DNA of 64,000 nt from Octopus bimaculoides (Eukaryota), in assembly GCF_001194135.2 (NCBI RefSeq), contig NC_068983.1, positions 99,009,454 to 99,073,453 on the forward strand, given 5' to 3'. Positions 24,523 through 38,874 of this stretch are shown here, one piece after another. Made by a program: the position numbers and the translations under genes. Positions within the stretch are counted from its first letter, which is position 1. Each line of letters opens with the position of its first letter. The notes beneath the pieces are model-generated. The model did no database searches. It was not told where the DNA came from and worked only from the letters and a program-made list of their open reading frames with translations.

Positions 24523-27500
24523 GACAACCACCGGTTGGTGATGGGAACCAAAAAGTAACCTCTCATATCGCATGTAATATTGGGAATATATTTTTTCCAC
24601 TGTTGGTAACAGCAGGTAATGTTACATTTGTAATTAATGGAGAGCTGTTCAACAATTAAAATAGCAGAATCTACATAAAATCACATTTCTAAGCCATTCA
24701 CTTCTGATGATGAGCCTTTAAGCCTGAAATACATAAAAGTTACTTTACTTCCCCTTTTCACACAGTTAGAAGCTCTCTGTCTTCATTATTTGTTATCTTA
24801 CTGCTGTATCACAATGCTTCTGGCAAACTACAATGCTCTTCTACTATTATTGTCACTGATGACTACTTTGTATATTTGGAAAAAATATGAGTTTCTCTTA
24901 TTTAATTTTATTTTAATTTAATAAATGATTTATTTTAAAAAGTAGTATTTGTTTCACTCTTTTCTATATGCACTAAAGAATTTCAATTGAGTAAAATTAT
25001 AATCATAATTTTACCTGCCTATAACATGCAAAAAGCACCCAGCCATAGAAACCAAGCCAAGTCAGACTGGCGCCTGGTGCAGCTCTCCAGCCTGCCAGCT
25101 CTGGTCAAAACATCCAACCCATGCCAGCATGGAAAACAGACATTAAATGATGATAATGATAATGTACCCAGTTAATATTACCTAATATTTCAACAGTATA
25201 CTTCAAACATTATTGAACAGTTAATAATCTAGCAGATAATATTTTTCCTCCTTCCAGTAATTCACTCTGGAAATTAATAATATCTAAATAAACCTATTTC
25301 AATTTTTAAAATCCTACTGCAAAGGACTTTGAGGTCAAATTTTTTTGAAAGCTTAGCTGTTATTCACAAGTGGGTATGAACAGCCTGGGAGAATGCACCA
25401 TGCTCTCACTAATTGTTTTGTGTGCCTGTGTAGTCATGAGCAGACACAGACACCCTCTTAGCTTCTCCCTTGACCCAGCAAAACAGCAAGGATGTGACAG
25501 TTGAAAGGAGAGAAGTCTGCACTAGCATTCAGAAAGAACCCACTTTCAGTTGAATAAACTGGAGCTATATGAACTGATGTGCTTTGCTCAAGTACACAAT
25601 GCATTACCTAGTTGAGGAAGTGAACTGATGATCTTATGACTATGGTCCTAACAACCTAATCGTTAGGCTACTCAGCTGAGACTAAATACATATGAGTTCA
25701 TATATTTATTAATTTGTATTTATAGATGAAGACATGGGCATGTGGTAAGAAGCTTACTTCCCAATCACATGGTTTTGGCTTCAGTCCCACTGCATGACAC
25801 CTTAGGCAAGAGTCTTCTACTGTAGCTCCAGGTTGACCAAAGCCTTATGAATGCATTTGGTCAGTGGAAACTGAATGAAGCCCATTGTGTGTGTGTGTGT
25901 GTATGTATGTATCTGTGTGTGTATCTTTGTGCTTGTCTTCACCACTGCTTCACAATTGATGTTAGCTTGTAAATATCCCCTGTAACTTAGCAGTTTAGCA
26001 AAAGATATTGATAGAATAAGTACCAAACCTAAAAATGACTACTAGTATTAATCTTTTCAACTAAAATCTTTCAAGGCAGTGCCCTAGAATGGTCCAATGA
26101 TTGAAACAAGCTAAAGATAAAGCAAAGATAACTCACACTGTACTGGTGCTCTCATAGTTATTGTTTGGGCATCAACCATGCAAATTTATGCAAATAAGTT
26201 AGTCTCTAGGCATATACTTGGTTTACATTTTAATGAGTAGCCATCAGCCAATATCATTGGAGAGCATAAGATGGTGAGCTGGCAGAATTGTTAGCATGCC
26301 AGGCAAAATGCTTAGAAGCATTTTCTCTGTCTTTATGTTCTGATTTCTAATTCTGCCGAGTTTCACTTAGCCTTTTATCCTTTCGAGGTTGATAAAATAG
26401 GTAGCTTAGTGGTTAGGAGTGTTGGACTCATGATCATAAGATTGTGGTTTCAATTCCTGGACCGGGCGACACATTGTGTTCTTGAGCAAAACATTTCATT
26501 TCACATTGCTCCAGTCCACTCAGCTGGCAAAACAGTAATCCTGCAACAGGCCAGCATCCAGTCCAGCGGGGAATATATAAGTCAGAAAAACCAGGAAACT
26601 GGACCTATGAGTTTGTATGACTCAGGAAGGACCTACTTTATTCCCCAAAATTGCTGGTCTTGTACCAAAATTTGAAATCAGTATTATTGGAGAGCATGTG
26701 AAGGCCATAAGCATAGCACCTTTCTCCTGGCAAAATCAATAAAGTTTGGGCAGAAAAGGTGAGTGAATTTTGGTGAATTATTAAATGACACTGTAAACAG
26801 CTGGTCCAAACATCATCTCAAGTTACTCAATTTCCTATCTCTATGTGTTCATTCAGGTGACAGTGCATAGGACAAATGCGCAGGTATGGGAAATTCAGAG
26901 CTGCTTAATGAATACATTATGCATACATATAGTTATACAAACATATGTACTTATATCCATACACACAGACACCTAAATACATATATATATGTAAACCTGA
27001 TGAATTCACAAAGAGAAAAATACATATTCATGAACACACACACACATTTATAGAATATCCCACCCTGTTTCTCGTTGACTGTAATTGTTATTTTTTATTT
27101 ATTTATTTTTTTTTGCATAAAGATTAATCATTTGGACAGGGGGTGATTATTAAAATACTTTTCATATGTGACGTATGCATGTATGCACATACATATATAC
27201 ATGCATGCATAATACATGCACGCATGCATGCATACATACACACATATGTACATACATACATACATACATAAATACACACACACATATAATATCATCAAAA
27301 TATTTTCTGATGACGTCTTATATAACACACTATAAAAGCATTTAATACTGATATACTTCAACTTGTTCATGAATAAGTGTCTTGAAGCATTAACAGTGCA
27401 AAGCCTAGTATTAATAATATTGTTTTTCAAAGGTGAATAGATGTTTGTTAGTAAGGCAGGTCACTTAAAAGTTTCTTGGACCTGATGACCGAGATATGTT

Positions 27501-27613
27501 AAATTCCTAAATTTTCATGGGCTGTCAGATTATACAGTGACACAAAAATAGTGAAACGAAGATTGCATACATGTAGTGTAAGCCATTGATCAGACACATG
27601 CATGAATACTTAC

Positions 27614-27645
27614 ACCACACGTACAGAAGATCACAATGCTTGACA
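27614..27645 (-). other. Candidate 32-nt upstream micro-exon (5' UTR or end of a signal peptide, SSIVIFCTCG)
   Basis: Acceptor tttttgttctaatttacacag| and donor GGT|gtaagt. One frame ends in phase 0, compatible with exon A. No independent support. Confidence 0.35.
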
Positions 27646-28539
27646 CTGTGTAAATTAGAACAAAAATCTTGACACTTTGTTAGTGACCGATGTTAATTTT
27701 GTTCTGAAGGAAATACATTCATGCCATAGCAAAAACACTGTGCCATGCAAGTTAAGAAAAGTTAAGCCATAAAACAACCATACAACAAGTCTATATACAC
27801 ACTTCCATAAGAGTATTAATGGAATGCCCCCAATTAAATCATCAATAAAAAGAAAACAGAATAAATAGGACAGCTTACTGTTTCAGAGAAATTAAAATGT
27901 ACTCTAGGGATATTAGTTGTACACCCAACAGTGAGAATAACAATGATTGTAGACAGCTTCAATGTCCTATATCTAGATTATAAGTTTAATTTCTGTCCTT
28001 AGGTTGTAATATGTGACTGTGTGACCAACTTCCAACAGCACCATATTGGAAACAGTAGGCTTCACAAACATGAAACAGTCTTGCCTATTAATGAAAGTAT
28101 CTCAAAATTGAGACATATCCCATTGTCTGTCACTGTTTTTAGCTGATAATAATTGTCATATTGCCCATAGAGATTTATATTTTGGCTAGTAAGTGATTAT
28201 CAAAGATGCCTTTTGTGCGTATGTATCTCAACTTGAATACACTATTAGAAAAGATATCTACAATATATATACATATATATGAACACAAATGTCTAAAAAT
28301 ATTTCTACTCTTTGAATAAAGCTTTATCTCTTTATTTAGTGATTAAAAGGATGCCAGAGTAATTGATTTGTAAAGTATAAATTGAAAAGAAGATAGTATT
28401 ATGGATTGAATAAACTCCAACATATTGGTTTATAGATGATCAACATATCCACTTGCCTTGCTAAGAAAGGAGCTCACCCAGCTAGTTTGAATAGCAATAA
28501 AAAAGCAATTAGATCTCCCTTAACTCATTCCCCACTGTT

Positions 28540-28767
28540 TTAACCCTTTAGCATTCAGATTACCCTATCAAATGTAATGCTTGTGTATTCACATCATTTT
28601 GAATTTATCGTGCATTATTTTGTAGTCTTGAAGTTTCAATTATGTGACTATATTTTTTAGGCTAACATTGTAGAATAAGTGTGAGAGGCTGTATCTGGCC
28701 AGTTTGAGTATGAAACAGGAAGAATATTTTAGCCAGATATGGCTGGTTTAAATGCTAAAAGGGTTAA
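28540..28767. mobile_element. piggyBac-type MITE (TTAA-CCCTTTAGCATT...AATGCTAAAGGG-TTAA). Other copies at 2435-2650, 20510-20733, about 37232-37442, 42314-42541
   Basis: Terminal inverted repeats with TTAA target site; five about 220-bp copies share internal sequence. Confidence 0.8.
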
Positions 28768-30010
28768 ATAAGGCAGGTCACTTTGGATAATGAGTGCTGA
28801 ACATCTGACAAGATTGGATTGTCACAGTTGGAATACTTTTATCATAAGTCAGCACAATCGAATCAGACATGAGCTTAAACAACAATATCTCACCTACATG
28901 CCAACATACTTTATTTTTTAAGTCTCTTCTGTCATCATTATTACTATAAACAATCCCTGACCCCCCAAAACTAAAAACCTGTCTACTACCCCAATCCCCC
29001 AACTGAAGCTTATCAGATTTTTCCACTCCTCATCATCTCGTCAGCATCTTACCCCTACCAAATCTTGCATTTTTTCTAAACCTCTGACCAACCAGACCTA
29101 CAACCTTCTGGAACTCTTTTCCCTGCTACATTTTCTCACAGACTGAGCCTCCTAAAATTCAAGCTGAGCAACAACCCTATCAACCTCATCAGTTAGTAAA
29201 GGTCAGCAAACACATGGCCCTTGCTATTTTCCTTGCTTTAAAATAAATACAACATTGACAAAGTACATAAATTCACCCTTTCTTTTTCTCTCACTCTTTT
29301 ATCATGTACATGCACACTCTTCTTCTTAAGACCTTCATATCTATGGAGTATAGGGCACTGATGACTTTTCTCGACTATTCTGGACCCTGGGCTGTCTTAG
29401 GGCCATGATCCTAATTTGAGGAATACCCTCCTTTGAGGAAAGGCCTTCCCTTCACATTGTAACCTGTATGATGGCGATGCTCATGTGATGATTAAACAAG
29501 GCTGTAGTATTATTGATAAATAAAAGAACTTGCATCATTACATCATGATTAATAATGGTTTCACATTTTGACACAAGGCCAGCAAGTTCAGAGTAGGGGA
29601 TAAATCAATTACATTGACTCCAGTGCTCAACTGATACATATTTAAGTGACCCCCAAAAGGATGAGAGGCGAAGCTGACCTCAGTGGAATTTGAACTCAGA
29701 ATGTAAAGATGAACGAAATGCTGCCAAGCATTTTGCCTGGTGTGTTTAATGATTCTGCCAGCTTGCCTCCTTAATGTTGTCTAAGAATAATTACTGAGGA
29801 TTATTTATGACAAGGAACAATAAACAAGGAACAATAAACAAGGAATGACAAGGAACAATAAACAATAAAAGTTCAGCTTTAAAAGAACATCAAAACAGTC
29901 CTGTCATTGTTATGCAAATTATCATAGCATTGCATATAAATTGATCAAAGCTATTCAAGGACAGCAAATATTTGCAGCATGACTTTTTGACTAGAACTGC
30001 ATGACATGAC

Positions 30011-30680
30011 ATGACAATAGCATTGCCAACAGGATATAGATAATTGATTTTATCCGATCCAGATTTGGCCGAAGCCTGGTTGAAGTGCTTGTCAGCTAGT
30101 GTAAGAACAAAACAGTTGATGGACAATGACGAATCCAAGTAAACACTTGATCTCTAGTGGGTAACTGTGTATCTCCTCAATAACAAGACATCCATGCTTG
30201 TTGCTCTATCTCACTTTAACCTTTCAACATTCGGCATAAAGCAACATTCTCCTTTCAAGTACTCCCAGTTTAGTTGTGGAAGCTTTTCTTTTTTCTTCTC
30301 CCTGTTCTTTTTTCTGTCTTGCAAGTTACTTAGCAACCTCATTAATGCCAGTAGCATGAGAAAAAAAAAACAAACATCCAGTACATACAGTTAAATGGTT
30401 GGCATTAGGAAGAGTATCCAGCTGTAGAAATCATGCTAAAGTTGATATTGGAGCCCAACACAACCATGTGGTTCTCTGGATCCTGTCAAACTATCTAACC
30501 TATGCCAGCATGGAAAGTGGACATTAAATTATGATAATGATAACGATGATATCAAAAGCAAGAGTTGAGAATATCAAAGGAGTTTCGACAATGATATATC
30601 CTAAAATGTTGAAAGAAATGAAATTTGAGGATATAAAGGAAACAGTAATGTCATCAATAAGACCAAAAGAAGAAGTTTTG
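30011..30680 (+). mobile_element. Gypsy-like LTR retrotransposon gag relic, interrupted at about 30153-30548
   Basis: DPDLAEAWLKCLSASVRTKQL and SKARVENIKGVSTMIYPKMLKEMKFEDIKETVMSSIRPK resemble invertebrate Gypsy gag N-termini (recalled, not searched). Confidence 0.5.
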
Positions 30681-31833
30681 GGGCTTCAAAACAACTGCAG
30701 CACAAGCTTTTGATTAGTACAGTGCAACATGGTGCAACACCATAAACTGGCACTCTGTTGGTTACGACAAGGGCTCCAGATGATCCAATCACTAGAACAG
30801 CCTACTTGTGAAATTACTGAGCAAGTGGCTGAGCACTCCACAGACATGTGTACCCTTAACATAGTTCTCAGGAAGATTCAGTGTGTCACAGAATATGACA
30901 AGGCTGGTCTTTTGAAATCCAGATACTCCTTTTTGCCAGCTGAGTAAACTGGAGCAACATGAAATAAAGCACCTTGCTCAACACCCCACTGGATATTGAA
31001 CTCATGACCTTATGATTGGGAGCCCAATACCCTAACCACTAAGCCAAATGCCTTCACCACAAACATATGCAAAGCAACAATTAATCACTATGAGTAACTT
31101 AGTACATAAGTTGTTGATTCCAGTAGGATTTGAACTCAGAACATATAAGAAACATAGATACGGGAGTGGCTGAGTGGTAAGAAGTTTGCTTCTCAACCAC
31201 ATGGTTTCTGGGTTCAGTATCACTGCATGGTACCTTTGGCAAGTGTCTTCTACTATAGCTTCAGGCCGACCAAAGCCTTCTGAGTGGATTTGAAATGGAA
31301 ACTGAAAGAAGCCCATCATATATTATATATATGTGTGTTTATGAATGTATTTATGTATGTGTGTGTTTGCCCCCACCCCCACCATTTCTTGGCAACTGAT
31401 GTTGGTGTGTTTATGTCCCCATAACTTAGCAGTTCAGCAAAAGAGACCAACAGAATAATTACTAGGCTTACAAAGAATAAGTCCTGGGGCCGATTTGTTT
31501 GACTAAAGGCAGTGCTCCAGTATGGCCACAATCAAATGACTGAAACAAGTAAAAGAATAAAAGTATACCAATAATATTCAATCAATTGTCATATCTGAAA
31601 TTTCTGGACATCACCTTTGTCAAATGTCAACACTGACGATAAAAGACATAATAGTCAACTCATAGAGGAAGAGGAGATATCATATGACATTTAATGGCAC
31701 CTAGCTAATAAATACCAAACTGATAAACAAATCAATTACATACTTGTAATACTCATTGAGATACTCTTGCTTCTATCACGTTTATAAGTTTACTAAACAA
31801 TATTTAGTTTTGCTAATGAAGGAGCCTCTACAT

Positions 31834-32282
31834 TAGTGGTTCTCAACTGGGGTCCATATGGTCCTTGCAGGTCCATATAAGATATTTTGTCAAAATTTAT
31901 GAGCAATATATTGCTTAAACTTCTACAATACATCAAGTATTTTAACAGTTTTTTAAAATACACTTCCTAATAATATTTAATAATCCTTTCTACTATAGGC
32001 ACAAGGCCCCAACATTTTTGGGGAGGGGTTAAGTCAATTACATTGACCCCGTAACTCAAGTGGTACTTAATTTATCAACCCCGAAAGGATGAAAGACAAA
32101 GTCAACCTTGGTGGAATTTGAACTCAGAACGTAGTGACAGGTGAAATGCCGCTAAGCATTTTGCCCAGTATGTTAATAAAAATACAAAAAGACATTTTGA
32201 ACATTGAACAGCTATGGAGGTCAACCAGAATAAAATAGGAATCAAAGGGTTTCTGTAGGTAAAAAATGGTTGAGAACCACTA
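31834..32282. mobile_element. hAT MITE of the same family carrying a nested SINE-C
   Basis: TIR tagtggttctcaac / gttgagaaccacta; perfect 8-bp TSD ctctacat. Confidence 0.85.
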
Positions 32283-33644
32283 CTCTACATGTTCACTTCA
32301 TCTAGAAATAACAACCAAATCTCCCCCAAATCACATCCTTCTGCTTAATAACAAAGTTTGACACCTTGGATATCTTCCACTGTGATAGAATGGAAATGGT
32401 TGTTTTAAAAGAGAGAGATATTGGGAATGTTCCTCCTCGTCTTTCTCACTGTGCAGTGAAGCCAATTCTGAGAAAGGAGGTGGAGAGAGAGGGGGTGGGG
32501 TGGAATACAGCACTTGATTAGAATTTTCTATCAACCTGAAAGAGTAAAATGTAAAACTGACTTTGGTAGGATTTGAAGTCAGAATGCACAGAGTCAGAAC
32601 CACAAGGTATTTATCCAACACTACTGATTCTGCCAAATGACTGATACTACAATCCTAGATAAAGTGTAGTTAGTATTACATTAGGCAATGTAATCATCCT
32701 TTTATAAAATGGGAGATTGTGATTTGAAGGATATTTGGCAGCTATTTCTGGCAAGTTTAGCAACCATGATGATCTTTCTTTGGTTCAAGTAGTGGTAAGA
32801 AAATTGTTGCTTAGACTTAAATCAATCATGATCCTGAAGGCTTAATGCTAAAGATGTTTCAGTTGTGACTATTCCTATCTAAGTTATCCTTTTTATTCAT
32901 AGGCACAGGTGTGGCCGTGTGGTAAGAAGCTTGTTTCCCAACCACATGGTTTTGGGTTCAATCCCACTGTGTGACACCTTGGCCAAGTGTCTTCTACTTA
33001 TAGCCTAGAGTTTATCAAAACCATGTGAGTGGATTTGGTAGATGGAAACTGAAAGAAGCCTGTCATATATACATACATATATATATGTGTGTGTGTGTAT
33101 GGATCTTTGTGTCTGTGTTCGTCCTCCACCATCACCACTTGACAACCAGTGTTGGTCTGTTTGCATCCCCCTGGGTAAAGAGGCTGGTACAATAAATACC
33201 AGGCTTAAAAAAAAAAAAGTACTGGGATCAATCCATTCGACTAAAAATTCAAGATGGTGCCACAGTATGGTTGCAGTCTAATGACTGAAACAAGATGAAA
33301 GATACAGTGAAATATTAGAGCTGTCAAGGGCAAACCATTGCTCACAGGACTTTCTGAATGGTGCACCTAACTAAAAATTTAATTACCTTGAAAGTATTTA
33401 GTAATGGAGCCCACCTGATGATGAGCCAAGTCTCATGTGGCCTGCTTTTCGAAAAAAGGTAGCCCATGCCTGAATTTGAATATAAGGAATTCTGTCAACT
33501 CAACACATAGAAAATGATTTGCTAGTAACTATGTCCACTGATAAAAGACGACAAGATTGACTGGTGAATTGTTATGTCAATATAAATTACTTGTATAGTG
33601 GTCATGTCAATACTCACTGGAGATTACCTGCTTCTTTTATCTTT

Positions 33645-33834
33645 TATCATTTACCTGTTTCAGTCATTGGATTGCAGTCATGCTGGGGTACCACCTTGAA
33701 GTGTTTGGGTGAATGAATCAATCTCAGTGCTTATGTTTTTTTTGAGTCTCGTACTTATTCTATCGGTCTCTTTTGCTGAACTGTTAAATTATGAGGGTGT
33801 AAACAAATCAATGGTAGATGTCAAGCAGTGGTGG

Positions 33835-33874
<40 letters not shown>

Positions 33875-34015
33875 TATACAATAGGCTTCCACACAGTTTC
33901 CATTTACCATATTTGCTCACAAAGCACTGGTTGGCTCAGAGCTGTAGTAGAAGATAGCTGTCCAATGTACTCTGCAGTGGAACTGAACCTAAAACCATGT
34001 GGTTGCAAAGCGCCT
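33645..34015 (-). mobile_element. SINE-B, minus copy. Other - copies near 1470-1725, 18985-19165, 44730-44890, 53995-54190, 61335-61670
   Basis: Reverse complement of SINE-B. Confidence 0.8.
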
Positions 34016-34118
34016 AGTGTTTAGTGTTAGTAAATAACAGGATCGTCTTGTGAAGAAGAAAGATTAAAATGTTGGTCCCTAGTAATACATTGAATTTGAC
34101 AGGATTGGACTACATAGT

Positions 34119-34600
34119 GTTGTGTCAACACACTGGACATGAACATCTGACCTATGCAGAGTAGTACTGTGTCAATACTAAGGGGATAACCTACATGAGT
34201 ACTGTGTCAATACCCTAAAGATGACTGTCAATTATACACACTGGTGACAGGACTGACCTATATAGTATCATATAAAAACACGCTGGAAATAACATATATA
34301 GGGATATGTATCAACATACTAAAGATGACGGAATTCATCTGTCCAGTGTGTAAACCTAACACTGGACAGGAAGAGTTTAATGTCAGATCAATACACTTGA
34401 GATAATGCAATACAGTGTTATGTCAATACACAGGAGACAATGGGGTTGATTTATGTAATGGCATGTAAACACACTGGAGATGATAAAATAGAAAGTGTCA
34501 ACACACTTGGAAATAATAAGTATATAGGATATATATATCTCAACACCATGGAGCTGATATGGTTGACTTGTGTAATGTCATGACTATGCACTGGAGAGGA
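34119..34600 (+). repeat. Old degenerate minisatellite, about 12-13 units of about 35-50 bp with core TGTCAAYACACTGGAGA
   Basis: Core recurs near 34121, 34168, 34204, 34226, 34348, 34387, 34421, 34464, 34496 and 34540. Confidence 0.6.
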
Positions 34601-34974
34601 AGTGTTAGAAGAACAAAAACATTATGGCCAATGACGTTTTTAATCTTCTATCAATGACATGCAGCAACATAAAATATCTATATTTATACTTAAATAACAC
34701 CAAGTATATAACAGTTATATACTTGTTCCCTAAGCACTATATAATTTATATTTCAAATGAAATTATGCTTTAATTTATGACATAGCATAAATTTATATTG
34801 ATAGAATATTGTGACAATATATTTCACCAAAATGTTCAATCAATGCTTATATACATATATCTTCTCTGTCAATAAAGGCAAGACATCTTTAATTCATATA
34901 ACAACATATGGATAAGTGTACACATGTACATGGGTTTGAGAGAGAGAGGAAGAGAAGAGAGAAAGAGAGACTGT

Positions 34975-36735
34975 GTGTCATCAGCATCATCATCGTCATC
35001 GTCATCATTTAACATCTGCTTTCTATGCTGGCATGGGTTGGATGGTTTGACTGAGGACTGGGAAGCCAGGATGCTGCACCAGGCTCCATTCTGATTTAGC
35101 AAGGTTTCTACATGCCCTTCCTAATGCCAACCACTCTGAGAGTGTAGTAGGTGCTTTTTATGTGTTACTGGCATGGGAGCCAGTCAAGTGGCAACGGTAT
35201 CAACCATGCACAAATGGTGCTCTTTATGTGCCACCGGCACAGGTGCCAGTCAGGTGGCACTGGCATCGGTCATGCTCGAATGGTGCATTTCACGTGCCAG
35301 TTAGGTGGCATTGGCATCGGCCATGCTTGAATGGTGCTTTTTACGTGTCAGGGGGCACTGGCATCAGCTACAACTATAATTTCATTTGGTTCAACAGATC
35401 TTCACAAGCATGACATATTGCCCAATGATTGAAGGGTGCTTTTAAATGGTACAGTTATGTGACACTGGCATCGGCCACGACTATGATCTCATTTGGTTTG
35501 CCGGGTCTTCTCAAGCACAGCATATCTCTAAAGGTCTCAGTCGTTTCTCAGTGCCTTTGTGAGGCTCAACATTCAAAGGTTGTGCTTCACCACCTCATCC
35601 CAGGTCTTCCTGGATCTACCTCTTCCACAGGTTCCCTCCACTGTTAGGGTGTGATGCTTCTTCACACAGCTGTTCTCATCCATATGCATCACATGACCAT
35701 ACCAGCGCAGTTGTCTCTCTTGCACACTACATCTGATACTTCTGATGTCCAACTTTTCTCTCGGGGCACTTACACTCTGTCATGTATGCACACTGACATT
35801 ATACATCCAGCAAAGCATACTAGCTTCATGTTTCACTGCTGTGTAGCATGGCTGTTTGCACACAGTCATCATAAAGTCGACCTTTTACTCTGAGTGAGAG
35901 GACCTTTGTTACCAGCAGAGGTAGGAGCTCTTTGAACTTTGCCCAGGCTATTCTTATTCTAGCAGCTACCCTCTCAGAGCATCCATCCCCACAATTGACT
36001 TGGTCACCTAGATAATGGAAGCTATCAACTACTTCTAGTTTTTCCCCCTGGCATGTGATGGAATCTGTTTTCTGTATATCTTCGGTGTGCATTGCAGCTG
36101 TGTATCTGCCACACACAAAAACTATTTTCCCAGTTAACCCTCCATAACTTACACTGAGTACATCTTATGGAGTTTCTACCTATGCCTTTTCAACAGAGTG
36201 AGCAGGGCCATCTACCTGAAGGGATTTTTGATTTGTCTGCCTTCCTACTTACTAAGACTTTGGTTTTTGCTAGGTTGACTCTAAAACCCTTTGATTCTAG
36301 ACCTTTATTCCACACCTGAAACTTCTTCTCTAGTTCTGGTAGTGACTCAGTTATTAGAGCAAGGTCATCAGCATAGAGGAGCTCCCAGGGGCAGCTTGTC
36401 TTGAATTCCTCTGTTATTACCTGGAGGACTATAATGAATAGGTNNNNNNNNNNNNNNNNNNNNNNNNNNNNGGGGGGGGGGGGGGCTGAGGACTGATCCT
36501 TGGTGAACCCCCACTTCACTAACCACTTATATAGCATCAGTGGTGCTTATCCATGGTACAAACCCAACAGCATCTCATCTAAACTAATTCTCTCCCTAAT
36601 TAGTTGGGCTATGACCCTCTCTGTGACTTTCATCACCTGATCCAACAATTTGAAACCTCTGTAATTATATCTATCTAATGCGTCACTTTTACCTTTGTAA
36701 CTTTGACTATGGTGCTGCTACACCAGTCATTGGGT
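34975..36735 (-). mobile_element. 5'-truncated RTE-clade LINE (RT and 3' end)
   Basis: ELLYADDL, KLEVVDSFHYLGD, RIRIAWAKFKELLPLL; same 3' tail as the copy at 22445. Confidence 0.9.
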
Positions 36736-38325
36736 ATGACTCCTTTGTGTATGCATGTAAAATTAGGGGTAGGCTACAAATGAGTTATTTCTTTGTTTTG
36801 CAATGGTTAATTTAATTCCCTTGTGTTCTATTTTACCGATCTCAATATGAAATAAAATTTTCACCTCAGGATCCAAGAATCATAGTATACAGTTACATTC
36901 TGCATCCCCCATACCTTATTTTTGTTGCAAGAGCTTTTCTGAGACCTCATGTTTTGCTTTCATTAAAGACTTCATCTAAAGAGTTTCCCCAAGATTATTT
37001 ATGATATATAAAGTCAAAAACATTAGATAATCTTATAAGTATAATCAGTACTCAAAAAATATTTCTTGTAAGTTAAAACATACCTTAACCTTGTTACCAT
37101 ATTTCTATTGAAATACACTGCCTTTGTTTCAATTAATTTACAAAATAATGAAGAATTCAGTAAAATAACTTTGTCATTATTCCGCTGGCATTTAGAACAA
37201 ATTATATAAAATTTTGATGGAACGTTTTAATTTAGCCCTTTGTCATGTAAACTGGTCATATCCAGCCCAAACATGCTACTTGCTTTATTTTCAAACCACT
37301 CGCACCTACTCTACAATGTTGTTTTAAAAATAAACAATCACATCAAAATCTCAAAGCTAGGAAAAAATGTATGATTAATTCAAAACAATGTGAATAAATA
37401 AATGTTAATTTTAACAGAATAATCTGAATGCTAAAGGGTTAGATCACTTTAAAAGAGGAAGTTTATATCATAGAAAGACAGTCTCAATGAGGTTGATATG
37501 AAAAGGGTTTGTTAGTAAATTTCTAAAACCAAACTGTGCATTCTTCATCTTCAAAGACTGATATTTTAAAACATGTTTTAAAATTTTGTGTTCTCTTAAT
37601 CATTTTGTGAAAGACTTAATTCCTATCAACATTTGCCTATGTCCTTTGGTGTGTCTTGTTTCACACCATGACAATTTTCTTGATGATGTCATCAGAAAGA
37701 GGCAGAAACATGAACCCACAGCTGTCTTCTTATGTCTGGACAATAAGCTTCTCCTTTTCCTTGGTGGCATGGAAATCCCCAACACCACCTCCTCATTTCT
37801 CTCTCTACCCCAAACAAAACACACACAGACATATAGTTGAAATAAGCACAGAAAACAAGTTATCGATATACTGAGTTATTGATATTTCAATATTTTTCAT
37901 GTAATGAATATGATCTGTGAAAGCTCATTGAAACACATGTAATTAAACAATTGGAATATCAATAATTTGCTTTCTGTGTTCTATTCCAACTGTATGTGGC
38001 TCTTGTTACTATGTTGTAGCCTGAATCCATATCTATGTTGCCTTACACAATGCATTATAGAAACACAGGAGTTTAACATGGTTTGAATATTGAGTCCTAA
38101 TTCATATGGTACCCTGTCATGCATTTTAGCACATCACTTACATGTACACACACACACACATACGAGTTTGGTGTAATTTAATGCACACAGGATTTAAAAG
38201 CAAAGTACTATAAGTCCCATACCTCTGATAACACAATAGTCAGACAAACTTATATAGTCTTCCATGCATTATTGAGCAATCACACACAGCACACACCTAC
38301 ACACAAAATCCACACATCATTTTAC

Positions 38326-38365
<40 letters not shown>

Positions 38366-38874
38366 TGAGGAGACAGCTATTGTGTATAGGGTGACTACTC
38401 AGTCTAAATCTATAGTTATACTTTGGCAACATATGTTAAATTCAATGGTTATGTATTCCTGTTGTACACTTGTGTCAATGGGCTTGAAACTTTCAGACAT
38501 CCAGAAGAAACTACTTTTGATGGTGACAGATGGATGATATTTCTGACAACTGATCAAAGGATATCACTGCTTGCCTTAATATGTAGAAATTCTCAATTAG
38601 ACAAAGTCTACAGTTTAGTTATCCATTCAAGTAATGAGTAGCTTTATTAACAACACAGTGTTATTGTAGGAAGTTTTAGATTCTTAGGCCTTGATTTTCC
38701 AGATGAATCAAGTCAAGAATATGAATTTTTCCTTAAATCTTTGATCTAAATAAGTGAAAAAGCTGGTAGTAATGACATTTGAAATTGTTCACAGTAATTC
38801 TTGTATAAATCTTTTCAATCTCATTCAGATATGATGGTTTACTAATCTCATATAATATGAATGTCTATATTATA

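Noticed and set aside
24701-24739. CTGATGA...GAAATACATA hammerhead-like relic
   Set aside because: Stem II does not pair and stem I is at most 3-4 bp; at best a heavily decayed copy.
28900-28955. Possible phase-0-ending exon NNDDRRDLKNK|gtatgt
   Set aside because: The acceptor lacks a pyrimidine tract and there is no other support.
34119-34600. CRISPR-like or C2H2 zinc-finger (CACACTGGAGA = HTGE linker) reading of the array
   Set aside because: Eukaryotic context, degenerate repeats and no cas genes. Spacing of about 40 bp is not the 84-bp ZnF period, and there is no open frame with Cys/His pairs.
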